From NCBI RefSeq assembly GCF_001194135.2, contig NC_069002.1, positions 37,055,471-37,119,470 of the forward strand: a DNA stretch of 64,000 nucleotides, in the 5' to 3' direction. Source of the DNA: Octopus bimaculoides. Taxonomy: Eukaryota. The notes beneath the pieces are model-generated. The model saw only the letters and a list, made by a program, of their open reading frames with translations. It was not told where the DNA came from and searched no databases. Below, piece after piece: positions 50,254 through 64,000 of the stretch (the stretch's first letter is position 1; the number at the start of each line of letters is the position of its first letter). A program made the position numbers and the translations under genes.

Positions 50254-50722
50254 ACCTAATTCTTTCAATTAAAATCTTGTTTTGTTCATTGGTTTTGATA
50301 TTTGTTTTCTGGGTTCAAATTCCTCTTTAGGTCACCTTTCTTTTTTCATCCTTCCAGAGTCCATAAAGTAAGTACCGGTCAATTTTCTGACCTTATAGAT
50401 CAGACAAGAGTATGTTGCGGTAGAGTTTTCTACAGCTGGATGCCTTCCCTGATGTCAGTCCTGTTTTGTTTCCAAGTAAAGTAATAAATCTATTGAACAA
50501 CAAACAGCCGGGAGAACTGGAAATAAATGATGCTGTCTAAATGAACCTTTTGTGTACAAAGATTGTGCAACAAATTAAGATATGTCTAGAAGTCTGAGCA
50601 TGTTTTTTCAGTGAGCTGCAGGCAACACTGTTTGACAATGTCAACAAACCAATATTTAGAATCGGTGAAGGGGGTGAGCTGCCAGAATCGTTAGCACACT
50701 GAGCAAAAACATTGAAGCAGAT

Positions 50723-50825
50723 TTTAAACCACACCTAGTGTCTCCAAGTAATCTTCAGGCTCTGGGTACATGGTCATATGCCCCAGAGCCTGGAGATTGC
50801 TTGGAGACACTAGGTGTGGTTTAAA
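50723..50825. repeat. 103-bp near-perfect palindrome (MITE- or hairpin-RNA-like)
   Basis: 44-nt arms 50723-50766 and 50782-50825 with 2 mismatches; 15-nt spacer. Confidence 0.9.
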
Positions 50826-51195
50826 TACTGCATAGATAATCCTTTTTACAATAGGCACAAGGTCTGAAATTTGGTGGAGGGGGATAATTGATTACATTGA
50901 TCCTGTTGTTTTACTGGTACTTGATTTATCAACCCCAAAAGGATGAAAGGCAAAGTTGACCTCAGTGGAATTTGAACTCACAACATTGCGAGAGGTGAAA
51001 TACTGCTAAGCATTTTGTCCAGCATGCTAACGATTCTGCCAGCTCACTGCCTTACACCTGCATAGGTAATATCTTCAAGCAAGGTATGAAACTTTTAATA
51101 GGACATAACTATATACTGGTGCATTAAACAATATTTATCTCTCACCAGATGGAGTACTTTTTTTGTTGATCTTACCTTGATGGAAAAGTAAACTA

Positions 51196-51229
<34 letters not shown>

Positions 51230-51239
51230 NNNNNNNNNN

Positions 51240-51288
<49 letters not shown>

Positions 51289-53289
51289 GAGAGAGGGAGG
51301 GGTATGAGGAGTTTTCTTCAGGGTGACTCAAACTTATAGGTATGTGCTGTGAGTGCTCAAATAAGCGTGCCACCAAAGTTTTAGTTTGAACAGCCGTTGA
51401 AGTTAGGGTTATGTGATTGTCTTGTTCAAAATGGCTAAAAGTGGCTCCCCTTTGAGTCAGTAGGTGTAGGTTAAAGTGGTAAGGAAAGGCAAACAATTAG
51501 GCAAGACATGACAAGGACTTTCAATTTCATTAATTCAATCTAAATTTGGCTGCATAACGAATGGTAAAAAATAGTAACAAATAGTCTCTAATACCTGTTT
51601 CTGAGATATCCAAGCTATTGGTGCATCATATCAAGTGAAGACTGTAAGTTGGGTATTCCGTCTTAGGAGAGATAAAGTTTTAGCATCCAGTTGTTAGGTG
51701 TTTCAAGATATTTAGCCAGTCCAATTGTAGTGGTTTTGTAAGAGATTTCAACTTGGATTTGTTAAGCTATAATATACTTGCTAGAATATTATGGTTGCAA
51801 ATCAAAATACTGAGTCGTTGCCAACAATTAATTGTTTATAGAATATTACACAGAGCTTAATATTTTGGGAAAAAAATTAAATTAAAATTAATATTTTAAA
51901 ATGTCTACAAGAAGTAATCAGAAAATTTGTCTGCATTGCAAGATCATTAAAAATTTTTTTCCTCCATTTCTTTTTTGGAAAACAATTACGAAAAATTAAT
52001 AAACTAAAAGAAACCTTTTTTTTTTTTCCTTTTTCTTATAAGAGAAAAATCACATTTTAACATGAAGACAAAATGCAGTCATGGCTGTGTGGTAAGAAGC
52101 TTGCTTCTCAATCACATGGTTCTAGATTCAGTCCCTCCGCATGGCACCTTGGGCAAATGTCTTCTACTATAGCCTCAGGCCAACCAAAGCCTTGTGGGTG
52201 AATTTGGTAGATGGAAGCTGAAAATAAGCCTGTCGTGTGTGTCTTTATGACTATGTTTGTCTCCCACCACCATTTGACAACTAGTGTTGGTATGTTTACA
52301 TCCCATAACTTAACAGTTAGGCAAAAGAGATCAATAAAATAAGTACCAGGCTTTAAAAAAAAGTACTGTGGTGGATTCATTCAACTAAAAGACAAAAGAT
52401 GAAAGCATTTTGCTTTAGTGTATTCCTCGTGGTAGTTGTCAACTTATGTTTAAAAATGAAGACAATTGAGAAAACTTTAGAAAGAAAGTAGATGTTCTTC
52501 CCTTCGTTTTCTCACAATTTACAAAAATAAAAATGCTAATGCTTTTGTATTGTTCTTTTTTCTTTATTGGAAGTTGGGTTTTTTTTTTTATTAAAAAATG
52601 TGAAAAAAAAAAGAAGAAATATTTTAAATAATTCTAGAGTGAAAATTCTCCCTGATAAAATGAGTGTTATTGATTGAAAAGAGATGTTATTTTGCCATCA
52701 AACCAAACTAGAAGTCTGGCAAATGAAATAGAAACAATAATAATAATAATAATAATAACGATGATGATGATGATGCAGTACCAGGCAGTGGCTTTCAATG
52801 CCCTGATGCAGCACCAGGCAGTGGCTCTCATGGCTTCTCATCTTAACTGATTGGAAGTGTTATCATGTACATTGTTTTGTCTTGGTATAAAAGATGGGCT
52901 ACAGCAAATATTCTACTCAATACCATGGATTTGTTTGTCAGTTGTTTGACCTTAACTAGATGAGCATGTCCCTTGGTGGCTGATGATATGTGCATCTCTG
53001 ATCAGGAGCAGAAGTAGTGGGGGAGCATCAGAGCCATGTGTTGAGAGGAATTCTTTGGGGTTTGGATAATTAACCTTTGGAAACATGGGTGATTCGTTCA
53101 ACATCCTTAAACAACCCTTATTCACTGATCTTTTGAGTTGGATGGGCTACTCAACCTGAAAAAAAATTCTAACTGCATCCCACATGCAAGGTCATGCACT
53201 GTTTATCTCGATATGAGATCACCATGTTGTGCACATATGGTTGTGATGCATGTGCCTGGTGTACCCTTATCAGACGGGTTTCCTTGTAC

Positions 53290-54120
53290 GTGTGATTTTG
53301 ACTTCTTGTAATGGTGTTGGAACCTGAAAAGTGTCATATAGCCAATCCATCGGTATTTCCGCTCTTGTTGGCTCCTTTTCTATGACTCTTTCCCTTAGCT
53401 GATTTCTAGGTCTCCTTTTCATTCCATTTCCGTTTCTTACATCATTCTTCCTATGTGTGTTATAAGTTCTCCTTCTTCCCAGGATTGCGTACCATTTTCA
53501 TACATTCTTACATATACCTGATCACTGATTTTAAAGAATTTTGACAAGTCTTTCTGGCACGTATTTTTTTCTTTACTGGTAATAGTTTATCAAATACTGA
53601 CTTCACCTTTCTGGCAAACATTAGTTCTGCTGATGAACTTCCTTCTGGCGCATTTGGGTTCGGAGTTACCTTGTATACCTTTAAGAATTGTTGGATTGTG
53701 ACATCATCCGTGGCTTCCTTTTTAGCTTTCTTTAAAGCTCTCTTAAAAATGTCCACAAACCGTTCGGCCCTTCTATTTGATCTAGGGTGATATGGTGCTA
53801 TAGTTTTATATTTTAATGTGAACATCTCGCAGAATCTTTTAAACTCACAGGATACAAACTGTGTTCCGTTATCAGAGACAATTATATCTGATACACCAAA
53901 TCTTGCAAACAGCTCATTTAGAAAGTTTATTACTGTATATGAGGTTGGTTGTTTACGCCTTGCGACCTCAGGCCATTTTGTGTAGCTGTCCACTACTATT
54001 AAGTAATAATATCCATTTACAGGGCCTGAAAAATCAATATGCAATCGGGACCATGGTATTTTCACTTCCAGCTAAAGTTCACATTTTGTAGCCTACGACC
54101 AGCACACATCCTCTGCAGTC
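53290..54120 (-). mobile_element. Ty3/Gypsy LTR retrotransposon integrase remnant
   Basis: PWSRLHIDFSGP...LIVVDSYTKWPEV...FARFG...IVSDNGTQF...APYHPRSN..AERFV (rve core). Truncated, with no LTRs seen. Confidence 0.92.
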
Positions 54121-55020
54121 TTTTACCAGGTTTGGTCATGTGGCGAGAATGGATGAGGATAGCTGTGTGAAAAAGTGCCACACCCTAGCGGTTGAGGGAA
54201 CCTGTGGAAGAGGAAGACCTGGGATGAAGTGGTGAAGCACGACCTTTGAAAATTAGGCCTCACCGAGGCAATGACTAGTGACTGAGACCTTTGGAAATAT
54301 GCTGTGCATGAGAAAACCTGGCAAGCCAAGTGAGACCAAAATCCAAGGCCTCTGCCAGGGATGTAGCCAGCCCACTTATGCATACCTTTCCTTTATTGGA
54401 CACTAAACTCTGCTTGCAAAGACTTGTTGAGGCAAGTGAAATCGAAATCAAACCAAATTCGACAACTGGTACCCATGCCAACCTCTCCTTCATTCGACAC
54501 TAAACTTTGCTTGCAAACATCTGTTGAGGCAAGTGAAATTGAAATCATAATTGCACCAAATTTGTTGACTGGCACCTGTGCCTAGTGGAGTGCTAACAGC
54601 ACCATCCGAGCGTGATCATTGCCAGAGCAGCTGTCTGGCTTCCATGCCGGTGGCACATAAATAGCACCATTTGAGCATGACCATTGTCAGCGTCGCCTTA
54701 CTGGTACTTGTACGGTGGCATGTGAAATAACATTTGAGTGAGGTCGTTGCCAGTGCTGCTGGACTGGCTCCTGTGCAGGTGGCAATGAAAAAAAACACCA
54801 TTTTGAGCATGGCCGTTGCCAGTACTGCCCGACTGGCCCTTGTGCTGGTGGCACATGAAAGCACCCACTACACTCTCAGAGTGGTTGGCGTTAGGAAGGG
54901 CATCCAGCTGTAGAAACTCTGCCAGATCAGATTGGAGCCTGGTGCAGCCATCTGGTTCACCAGTCCTAAGTCAAATCGTCCAACCCATGCTAGCATGGAA
55001 AGTGGACGTTAAATGATGAT
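54120..55020 (+). mobile_element. RTE-type LINE 3' end with repeat tail, inserted into or adjacent to the Gypsy remnant
   Basis: gaggaagacctgggatgaagtggtgaagcacgacctttga (RKTWDEVVKHDL), followed by the family tail also seen at about 12050-12300 and 57400-57600. Confidence 0.7.
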
Positions 55021-55099
55021 GGTGATATATATATATATATATATACATATGTATCCATATATATATACATATATATGTATACATATATACATACGTATG

Positions 55100-55145
<46 letters not shown>

Positions 55146-55278
55146 TATACATTTTTATATATACATACATATATATATATACATATATATATATATACAT
55201 ATATACATACATATATATATATATACATACATATATATATATATACATACATACACACACACATATATNNNNNNNNNN

Positions 55279-55311
<33 letters not shown>

Positions 55312-57929
55312 CATATGCATGTATACATATATACATCATCATCGTCGTCGTCATTTAATGTCCGCCTTCCATGCTAGCATGGGTTGGACGGTTTGACTGA
55401 GGACTGGTGAGCAAGAAGGCTGCACCAGGCTCCAATGTAATCTGGCAAAGTTTCTACAGCTGGAAAATGGTATGGCAAAGGAATAAATGATCATCTTCTG
55501 AACTTCATTGGCTTACAGCTGTTTCTGTTTCATATTTCAGGCACACAACTGCAAGTCCATTGCATCTTTTCGCAGAAAAAGCTGTAAACAAATGAAGTTC
55601 ATAAGATAATCCTTTATTCTTTTGCCATCTCATTTTCTCATTACTGCTCTGTACTTGACTATTGCCCTATTCTGAAGCATGTTATAATAAGTTCTACACC
55701 AGGATATTACTCATAATGCCTAAGTGAAATATTAAAATATAGTTCACACACACAATGTTTGTATAGCTAACATATTAATACTTCTTACTCTTTCACAAAC
55801 ACCAGCACCTTGTACTCATCAGATCTTAATGTCTTATAATTCATATTGAATTCTTCCAAAATTATGCCAAATCTACAATCTGACCAAGAATAATATTTAC
55901 AATATTAAATTAATGATAATTGCCAGCATATCTGTGGTTGAATAATCTACATCAGTATTTCTAAAGGTGGGGGTTACTTCAGAATATGGAATATGTATCC
56001 AAGTAACAAGTGAATAAAACTTGTGTGTATATGCATATATCTACATAAATATATATAATCACTTAACATCTGTTTGCCATGCTGGTATGGAGTAGACAGT
56101 TTGACACAAGTTGTGCTAAGCTCTCTTGTCTGATTTGGAATAATTTCTATGAATGGACACCCTTCCTAATGCCAACTGTTAAACAGTTAAACAAAATGTG
56201 CACATTTTGTTTTTTGTAGCACCAGCACTGGTTGGGTCACCAAGTAACTTGCAAGACAAGACAAAGTCCCCTCAACTGGGGGGGGGGGGAGTAGTAGTAT
56301 TAAGGGAAGTGGCTTTGTGTTAGTTGAGAGATTAAAAGAATAATAGAGGGGTAGAGATAGATGTGTTGCTGTAGAGATCCAAGGAAACTCAATTGCAGAA
56401 GAAAGGAGAGAGTAAGAGATGGTGGTGGATATGACAGGGTACATCCTCAAAATACAGGGAGAAATTAAATATAGGTGAAGTGGTACAGAGGATTACACAG
56501 GGTGATGTGTGTGTGTGCGTGTATTTATTGAAATTGATATCCATGAACACATATATACTCACAATTTATGAATTATTTTATTAGTTTGTATTATCACAAC
56601 AATCTGTTGAACAAGTATGTGAAATTCTGAGTAAGTTTATGAAGTTTTCTTAGCTTCAATAAAACGACCATACCGGTGCTACATAAAAGCACCCAGTACA
56701 CTCTGTAAAGTGGTTGGCATTATGAAGGGCATCCAGCTGTAGAAACCATGCCACAACAGACAAATCGAGCCTGGGGAGCCCAACTTCAATCAAACTGTTC
56801 AACCCATGCCAGGCATGGAGAACAGATGTTAAAAGATGATGATGATGATTAGCTTGTCCATATATGGTGTGATGCATGATTAACTGGAAAACTGAAGTTG
56901 GGTGTGGAACAAAAATAATTGAGAAAGACTAATCTACAGAATCTTCTTGAGAAGGGTAAGCAGGATTGGTTTCTCTCCTTACTGCTCAGGTCATTTCTTA
57001 TTCTAAACAGCCAAGTGAACGGAGTTACAGAGATGTAATTTCAAGGCCTTGCTCAGAAACCATCAAAATGCCAGCAATATATTTTAACCTTCTTGATACT
57101 GACCAGCCTGAGGCCGCCCTTGGTTCTACAATACAAACTTCCTGATGTAAATTTATCTCAAATGAAAACCTTTTATCAGAATTCCCTGTTCCAAACACTA
57201 GCTTAATAATAAAGGCATTCTACGAAATTCTTCATTTTTAAAAGTAATTGTAAAAACAGTATAAACTAACAAATAATGAAGGCCAATCTCAAAATGCTGA
57301 ACCTTGTGAAGATGGCAGGAGACCAAGATATGTGGCGCATTGCTGTACTCTAAAAGACCCACCCACCAAAACAATTGAGATCCTAAAACAGAGGTGCCTC
57401 CTCATAAAAAGCACTGATGTGAGTGCCGATTCCACATAGAAAGCACTGGTGCCACATAAAGAGCACGTAGTACAGTCTGTAAAGTGGTTGACATTAAGAA
57501 GGGCAGCCAGCCATAGAAATCAAGCCAAAACTGATTACAGAACCTGCTGCAGCCCCTGGCCTTGCCAATTCCTGTTAAGCTGTCCAACCCATGCCAGCAT
57601 GGAAAAATGAGACATCATTCATCATCAGGTAGGTTGCTCCACTAAAAAAAAATTCTATGTAATTTTTCAGCAGGCATGCCATTCAGAAAGTCCCATGTGT
57701 AGCAGTTTGCCTTGGACAGATAAAAATAATACAAAAGTCATGGCTTGACTGAGACTTAAAAATGTAACTGAAAAGGCTTCCATATTTAACTGAAGCTAGC
57801 TAAACCCTAATCAGTAAGACATAGTTTACAATCAGCAATAAGACAGGTTTTGTTACACATGGGATAAATTACACAGGTAATGATGACTCAGACTTGGTAA
57901 AAAAATTTTTAACATGCAGTGATAGCCAC

Positions 57930-57989
<60 letters not shown>

Positions 57990-60044
57990 GGAGACAAGGC
58001 TCACCTAGTTCTGAAACATGACAAGCTATCTCAACTTTCAAATCATTTTAATGTCTGCTCAGCCATTCTTGCATGGGTCAGATGGAAAATTCATTGAGGT
58101 AGATTTTTTCTATGGCCAGATGCCCCTCCTATTGCCAATCCTTGCCGGTTTCCAAGCAAGTTAATATTTCCCCGTGGCTAAAGCTGAACATGTCTCATGG
58201 GACAGTCAGACTCATTTACAACCATTACACAATGTCAAAACAAGACACAAACTCATATATGCACACACACACACACACAATAGGCTGCTTTCAGATTCTG
58301 TCTTCCAAATGCACCCACAAGGCTTTGGCCAGCCTGAGGCTATAGCAGTGGGACTGAAGCCAAAACCATATGTTTGACAAGTAAACTTCTCAACCACGCA
58401 GCTCTGCCTGCACCAATGCATGGGTTTTTGCTTTCACTTATTTGAAACTCCTTCCATGTGTTTCCAATTATTTCTTTGGAGTAAATCTCTATTGGACCCA
58501 TTCAAAAATAATGTTTACAGCAACAAAATATAAAATTTAAAAAATAATAATAATAATAATAATAATAATAAAGAATGAGATGTAGTATAAATTCCAAAAC
58601 CTTAACTTATATAAAATCTAGAAAAAAACTCAAAAGTGTTTGCTCTGATGAGAAAAATCAGAGGAGATTTTTTAAACAAATAAATACACAAGGATTAGAT
58701 CTAAACAGCAATTTGTGATTGAGAAAAACTGATGAAAGATTATAGCACCATGTGTGACCTAAATGGGATATTGGATAAGTAGGAAGGGAGTAAAAATAAA
58801 ATCAATAAGAGACAGATAACAAAAAAAAGTTTCCAAATTACATTTGCTGTTAAACACTGAATGTGGGTTTTTTAAGCTTTTCGAGGAAACTTTCTTCATT
58901 GAAAAGGAAACTGAACAAGCCTCAAACTAGAGGAGTGCCTAGAAATATCCAGAAACTCTCCTTCAGGCCACACCCTACTGCCTTCAAAGGAAGGACACAC
59001 TGGATAATGTAATCCTAGATATTGTGTGAAAATAAAACTGGATGGTCACAGCTGGATTGCTTGAAATAACAGAGCAACTCAATCAGGACTGACCAAGAGT
59101 TAAACAACCAACCAACAGGTCCAGTTGAACATTGATGGTCAAAACAACCGGAATTAGAAAACAAATCTCAAGGTGAGATATAGTAATTGTATTAAGAGTA
59201 ACACATAACTCAATGTGTCAAACAAATCAGTGAAGGTAGAATGTGATTAACACAAATTTACATGTTCAGAAAATTTTTGCCTAAAATGTTCTGTGCAAAT
59301 TGTATTGAAATAAGTACAAAATTTAAGGTCTGTTTTTCAATTCACATGTTTATGCAAAAAATATTCACCTTTTATCAAGCAGGACCCCCACCCCTTCTCT
59401 TCCTCCAACAAGTAGAACTCTTTACATGTTACATCCAGTCCAGTAGGCCTGGTATGCAATAAAAAAGAAAGAAATTTACAGACACAAGGCCTCGGATTTA
59501 TAAGTTAGATATTGTAATATTCACGCCCATCTGAAGGGTGTTAGCAGCAGCATGAAGTGAAATGACCTCCACCCAACTGGGAATTGAAACCAGGTTGCAG
59601 ACTCAGCTTGCAAGGAGATTATTTACTTACACTAATCAACTGTACATGTCTGAAAGACTGAAAAAAACAAAAAACAAAAAAGAAGTCAAATCAAATAAAC
59701 TCAAGCCAAACCCTTATTCATTTCCTGCCTTGGATTCATTTCATATTAAAACATCCAAATGTGTAAACCAACAATTTTTTGTTTTTGTAGTTTTTTTTTT
59801 TTTTTTTTTTTTGTCAACTGGCATAAGTCTATCTAGTCGTAAAGAATTTGTAAGAGAATGTCTGCAGCAGCATTACTGAGTTGTCTATAAATTAGACACG
59901 AGCACACACAAAGTGTCTTATATAATGATGGGATAGAGTTTTATTTGTAGTGTGATTGTGGGTACACTCCTTAATAAATGCTCTCATTCCAGTCCTAGTT
60001 ACTTACATCTAAAACGTTTGATCATTATAAGACACCCTGCGTGA

Positions 60045-60078
<34 letters not shown>

Positions 60079-60415
60079 GTATGTATATATTTTTTTAATG
60101 TTTGTCTTTATGTTCAGTTATAATCCTTTCTCTTATAGGAACAAGGCCTGGAATTTGTGGGGAGGGGGATAGTTGACCACATCAACCCCAGTGCTTGACT
60201 GGTACTTAATCTATTGACCCTGAAGGGATGAAAGGCAAAGTTGACCTTGGCAGAATTTGATCTCAGAACATGCAGACAGATGAAATACTGCTCAGCATTT
60301 TGTCTGGCGTGCTCATAATTCTGCCAGCTCACCGCCCTAAGGTTCAGTTATAATAAAAACAGTTTTACATTAATCCGATGGGTTACTCTATACTCTTGTA
60401 GAGGACTAATTTATT

Positions 60416-60619
60416 ATTCTTATACAAGGATGTTGTTGACAATGACTTTGAAGTTTCAGCCAGCCAAGTCATCGTTTACCACCCCCACTCAAACCCACAC
60501 ACCCAAAGATGATCTTTAACTCAACAGAGGCAAAACTAATCCTAAAGCATTGCAGTCCAACAATGGTTTAGATGGCCAAAACTTCGAAGTCACTATCAAC
60601 AACATTCTTGTATAAGAAT
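60416..60619. mobile_element. MITE-like element with about 41-bp terminal inverted repeats
   Basis: attcttatacaaggatgttgttgacaatgactttgaagttt versus the reverse complement of 60579-60619, 4 mismatches. Confidence 0.75.
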
Positions 60620-61497
60620 TTTTAAAATGTGTGTGTTTGAGAGATGTAATTTATCAAAATTACAAAGTGTTATAAACACGAGGATTTGAGATAGCACTGA
60701 ATGGACTAAAAAATGCTGACATCCTGCTAAATAAGAAATATACCACATTAGAAAACTTGGCCAATGGTACAAGGAAAGGGTTTATCCATTAGCTCAAGCT
60801 TTTCATAGGACCAGAGGATGAGCAGAAATCAAACCTAATTTTAGAGTAGTGAATGATATGTGATTGTATATATATATGGGAATATGTAACATGCATACAT
60901 GTGCACAAGCCAAATCCATGCATGTAAACATTTGATAGACATGTACACCACATGTGATGCATAAGTATCGAGAAAGACAAATAGAGTGTGAATTCACATA
61001 TAGGGTGTAACTAGTTTATATTGTGTAAGTATGTGTGTACTTTAAAAACGGTTTTACTTTGCAATTACAGAACATTTTTTACAACCTATAAACTTGAAAA
61101 TTCCATCTATAAATGTGTTACAGGAATTTACCGTTTTGCTTTTCCAAAAACCCCAAGTTACATAATGATAATTTGTAGCAATATATATTAACTTGGCAGG
61201 AAATTTTGTTTCCTTATTTTGTTTTCTGATCAACAATCTCTTATTTGAAAAAATAAAATAAATAAAAGCAAAAAATAAAAGCAAGAGATAAACAAGAGCA
61301 AGAGATAATTGTTATTTTTTCATTTTTTTTTTTCAAGTTTCTGAAATAAAACAACAGATTGGTTAGATTTTGTAGAATAAAATGTAACCAAATGAATGAA
61401 AGCCATGTTAAGCTAAAGCAACAAATCAGATAGGATCCAGATGATAAAATCTATGTTTCAAAAAAAAAAAAAGGGGCTGTGAAGATACCAATAGTGG

Positions 61498-63781
61498 TCA
61501 CAATTCAAAATCTTCCATTTTGATATTTCCAAGGAAACTCTTGGCAGCCACAGTTGCCTGTTTTATAGCCACTTTATAAGGACCCCGTTTCTTTTTGTTA
61601 TATCGGAGTTTAAAGTCTTCTAAAAATGGATATAAATCGACACACTGCATATGTGACATAGTGGAGGACCCAAACCACGAAACGTGAGCCAGCTGAGCTA
61701 TCACAACTCCATTGTCTCGTGTACTTACAGTAATGGAGAGGACTCGCCCTGGCCACCAGGGAAAGCCCTGAATCTTACCCCAGACAATATCTCCAACATG
61801 AATTATACGACCCTCAGAAGTTTCAACTTTGGTAACAGTTTTAGTTTGAATTTTCATCATGAGAGGTTTCAGCGAATCAGATGTAGGTGACTGACTCCCT
61901 GGGAATTCTTGCTCTTCATATTCATCCCTGTAATCAGAGTCCGAATCTGATATCCCGTTAGCTGAGTTTGAGTTAAAACCGTCCGTCGATTCGCCTGACG
62001 ATTCCGATTTCGTCTCTAAAGAATTATCAAGCAAAAGATTTACTGTTGATTTTTCATTTTTTAAATCTCCTGATATGGTGTTTGCTGAACTCTCCGATTC
62101 TACCCGTGATAAACCGCTGTTTCGCCGCCAAGTGTACAACAACCGAGGCCGCTGATGGTCGTTCATCTCAGAATCAGTCGGCTCAGTTTCAAAGTCATTC
62201 TCCTCCTTGTTTGATTTGTCAACACCTAGAGCTGGTAAATTACGATCTATATCTGCGCAAGCATGTTTATGTTTGTGCTTCCGTTTGTGCTTTCGGTGAT
62301 GACCTGAGGAGATTTTATCACCATTTTCAGAGTCTACCCGTTTCAGCTTCTCCTTGGCTTTCTTTAAAGCTTTTTTCAATCTTTTATGACTTGAATATTC
62401 TTTATTTTCAAGTTTTTCATCTGAAGATTGGTCTGTATCCACTACTTCAGAATGAAGGCGAGGAGGAATTTTTAGCACAGTCCCCTCGCCAACTGATATT
62501 TTTATAATTGGACTAGATTTCACAATGGTCAGTCCTTCAGATTTAGGGTTCATTTTATCATTAGTAGGCACATACTCCTCGGCCAGAGAGCTTTTCCTCT
62601 TTCGAGACTCACTCCTTGTTTCTGGGTGTTCTGTGAGTTTCAGAGGTTCCAGCTGAACCTGGGCTTGTGGTAAGGGGAGAGTTATTGGGGAACTTACTGG
62701 TCTGGGAGATTGTGGGGGTTGATTAAAGCGTGGAGGTTTAGGAGATTGAGAAGGGTGATTGAAGCGAGGGGGTTTAGGTGATGGTGGTGGTAAGCTATAA
62801 CGAGAATTGCGTGGAGATGGTGGTGGTTGATTGTAATGAGGAGGCTTAGGTGATGGTGGTGGTTGGTTGTAACGTAAAGATTTAGGTGAGGGTGGAGGCT
62901 GGTTGTAACGAGATGGCTTGGGGGAGGGAGGGGGCTGGGCATACCTTGAGTTCTTGGGTGATGGTGGTGGTTGATTGTAATATGTATTTTTAGGTGAAGG
63001 GGGTGGCTGATTGTATCGTGTTGCCCGGGGCGATGGAGGTGGCTGGTTGCTACTGTATCGTGTGGTCTTTGGAGATGGTGGGGGCTGGTTGTACCTTGTA
63101 GTTTTTGGTGAAGGAGGTGGTTGATTATAACGTGATGGTTTTGGAGAAGGAGGCGGTTGGCAATACCGATTAGTTTTGGGGGAAGAGAGCGGGGTGTTTT
63201 GCTGCCGATTTCTGGTTATTGGTGGGGATCTGCTACGTGCATTGAAGATGGGAGTACTGTTTCGAGTGTTTTGGTTGTTACGTGTGGTCAGAGGCAAAGG
63301 GGCTGGGAATTGTGGTGGGGGAGGTGGAGGCGGCGGCGGCGGCGGTGGGAGAAGTAGTGGTTTAAGAGATGTGGGTGTTGAAAGCCGGGATGGAAGAGAG
63401 TGAAGAGAGTTTGAAGAGGATTGTGAAACAGAAGACAGTGAAGAGTTCTGAGAGGTCTTAGCAATGGAAGAACTCGGATCTGCCGCACTGTCATGGCATG
63501 CCGACTTGCATTTGGAGCACAAAGTTTGACGAGGTCTAAGGCGAATACTTCGCACAGTCTTGTCTTTGAAATGTCTAGTGTACGTCCTTTTGGTCAATGC
63601 TACAACCTTTTCGCCGAACTGTGAAAAATCCTGATTGTACGTGTGCCGAAGGGCCGCAGCAGAGATCTGAACGTTTTGATCTCCCTTCTCGGTACTCCCG
63701 ACGTTCGTGTCACTTTTACTATCTGACGAGTCATCATTGGAATCCCTTTTAAACGGGAAACATACACCGTGGGGCAAACTT
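61498..63781 (-). CDS. PWWP2A: PWWP domain-containing protein 2A/2B-like, terminal coding exon (upstream exon lies beyond the window)
   Basis: Acceptor ttgttgcag at 63782, phase 2. Contains SLPHGVCFP, RHTYNQ and IRLRPRQTLCSKCK. C-terminal PWWP domain: TKVETSEGRIIHVGDIVWGKIQGFPWWPGRVLSITVSTRDNG...VSWFGS...PFLEDFKLRYNKKKRGPYKVAI. These match recalled PWWP2A/B blocks. Probably co-orthologous to both vertebrate paralogs. Confidence 0.9.
62692..63165 (-). repeat. Coding minisatellite: 13 copies of a 36-bp unit (YNQPPPSP[K/R]xxR)
   Basis: 474 bp = 13x36 + 6 (one unit carries an extra SS). Read directly from the ORF translation. Confidence 0.97.
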
Positions 63782-64000
63782 CTGCAACAAGAAACAAATT
63801 GTGGATTTAATTAAGGTGAATAGGTGAACCTGGGAGGTGTGGGACCATGCAGACATACATAGACATTCATTCACAAATAATAATTGGAATAATAATAATG
63901 ATATATCTATAAATATCTACATACACACACACATATATATATATATTTACTCTACAGATACACACACACATACTATAAGAGTATATATATATATATATAT

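Noticed and set aside
61684-63797. Overlapping opposite-strand and alternate-frame ORFs within PWWP2
   Set aside because: Shadow ORFs of a GC-richer repetitive coding exon with no independent signal.

Overview
AT-rich, intron-containing eukaryotic DNA packed with microsatellites, SINEs, LINE fragments and MITE-like elements, with several N gaps. The repeat landscape suggests an Octopus-like coleoid cephalopod (inference). Six protein-coding genes were rebuilt by hand from GT-AG splice sites and phase continuity. In order: the 3' end of SNRNP27 (+), an RNF4-like SUMO-targeted RING ligase (-), RNF103 (+), PSMD4/Rpn10 (-), RCCD1 (+, head-to-head with PSMD4), and the large last exon of a PWWP2A/B-like gene (-). 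The strongest leads are (1) a duplicated pair of 25-nt microexons in the RNF4-like gene, of which exactly one must be included to keep the frame; (2) a 13-copy YNQPPPSP[K/R]xxR array inside PWWP2; and (3) several near-perfect fold-back elements in or next to the genes. No prokaryotic-type system (CRISPR, operon) is present. All gene names rest on recalled homology, not database searches.
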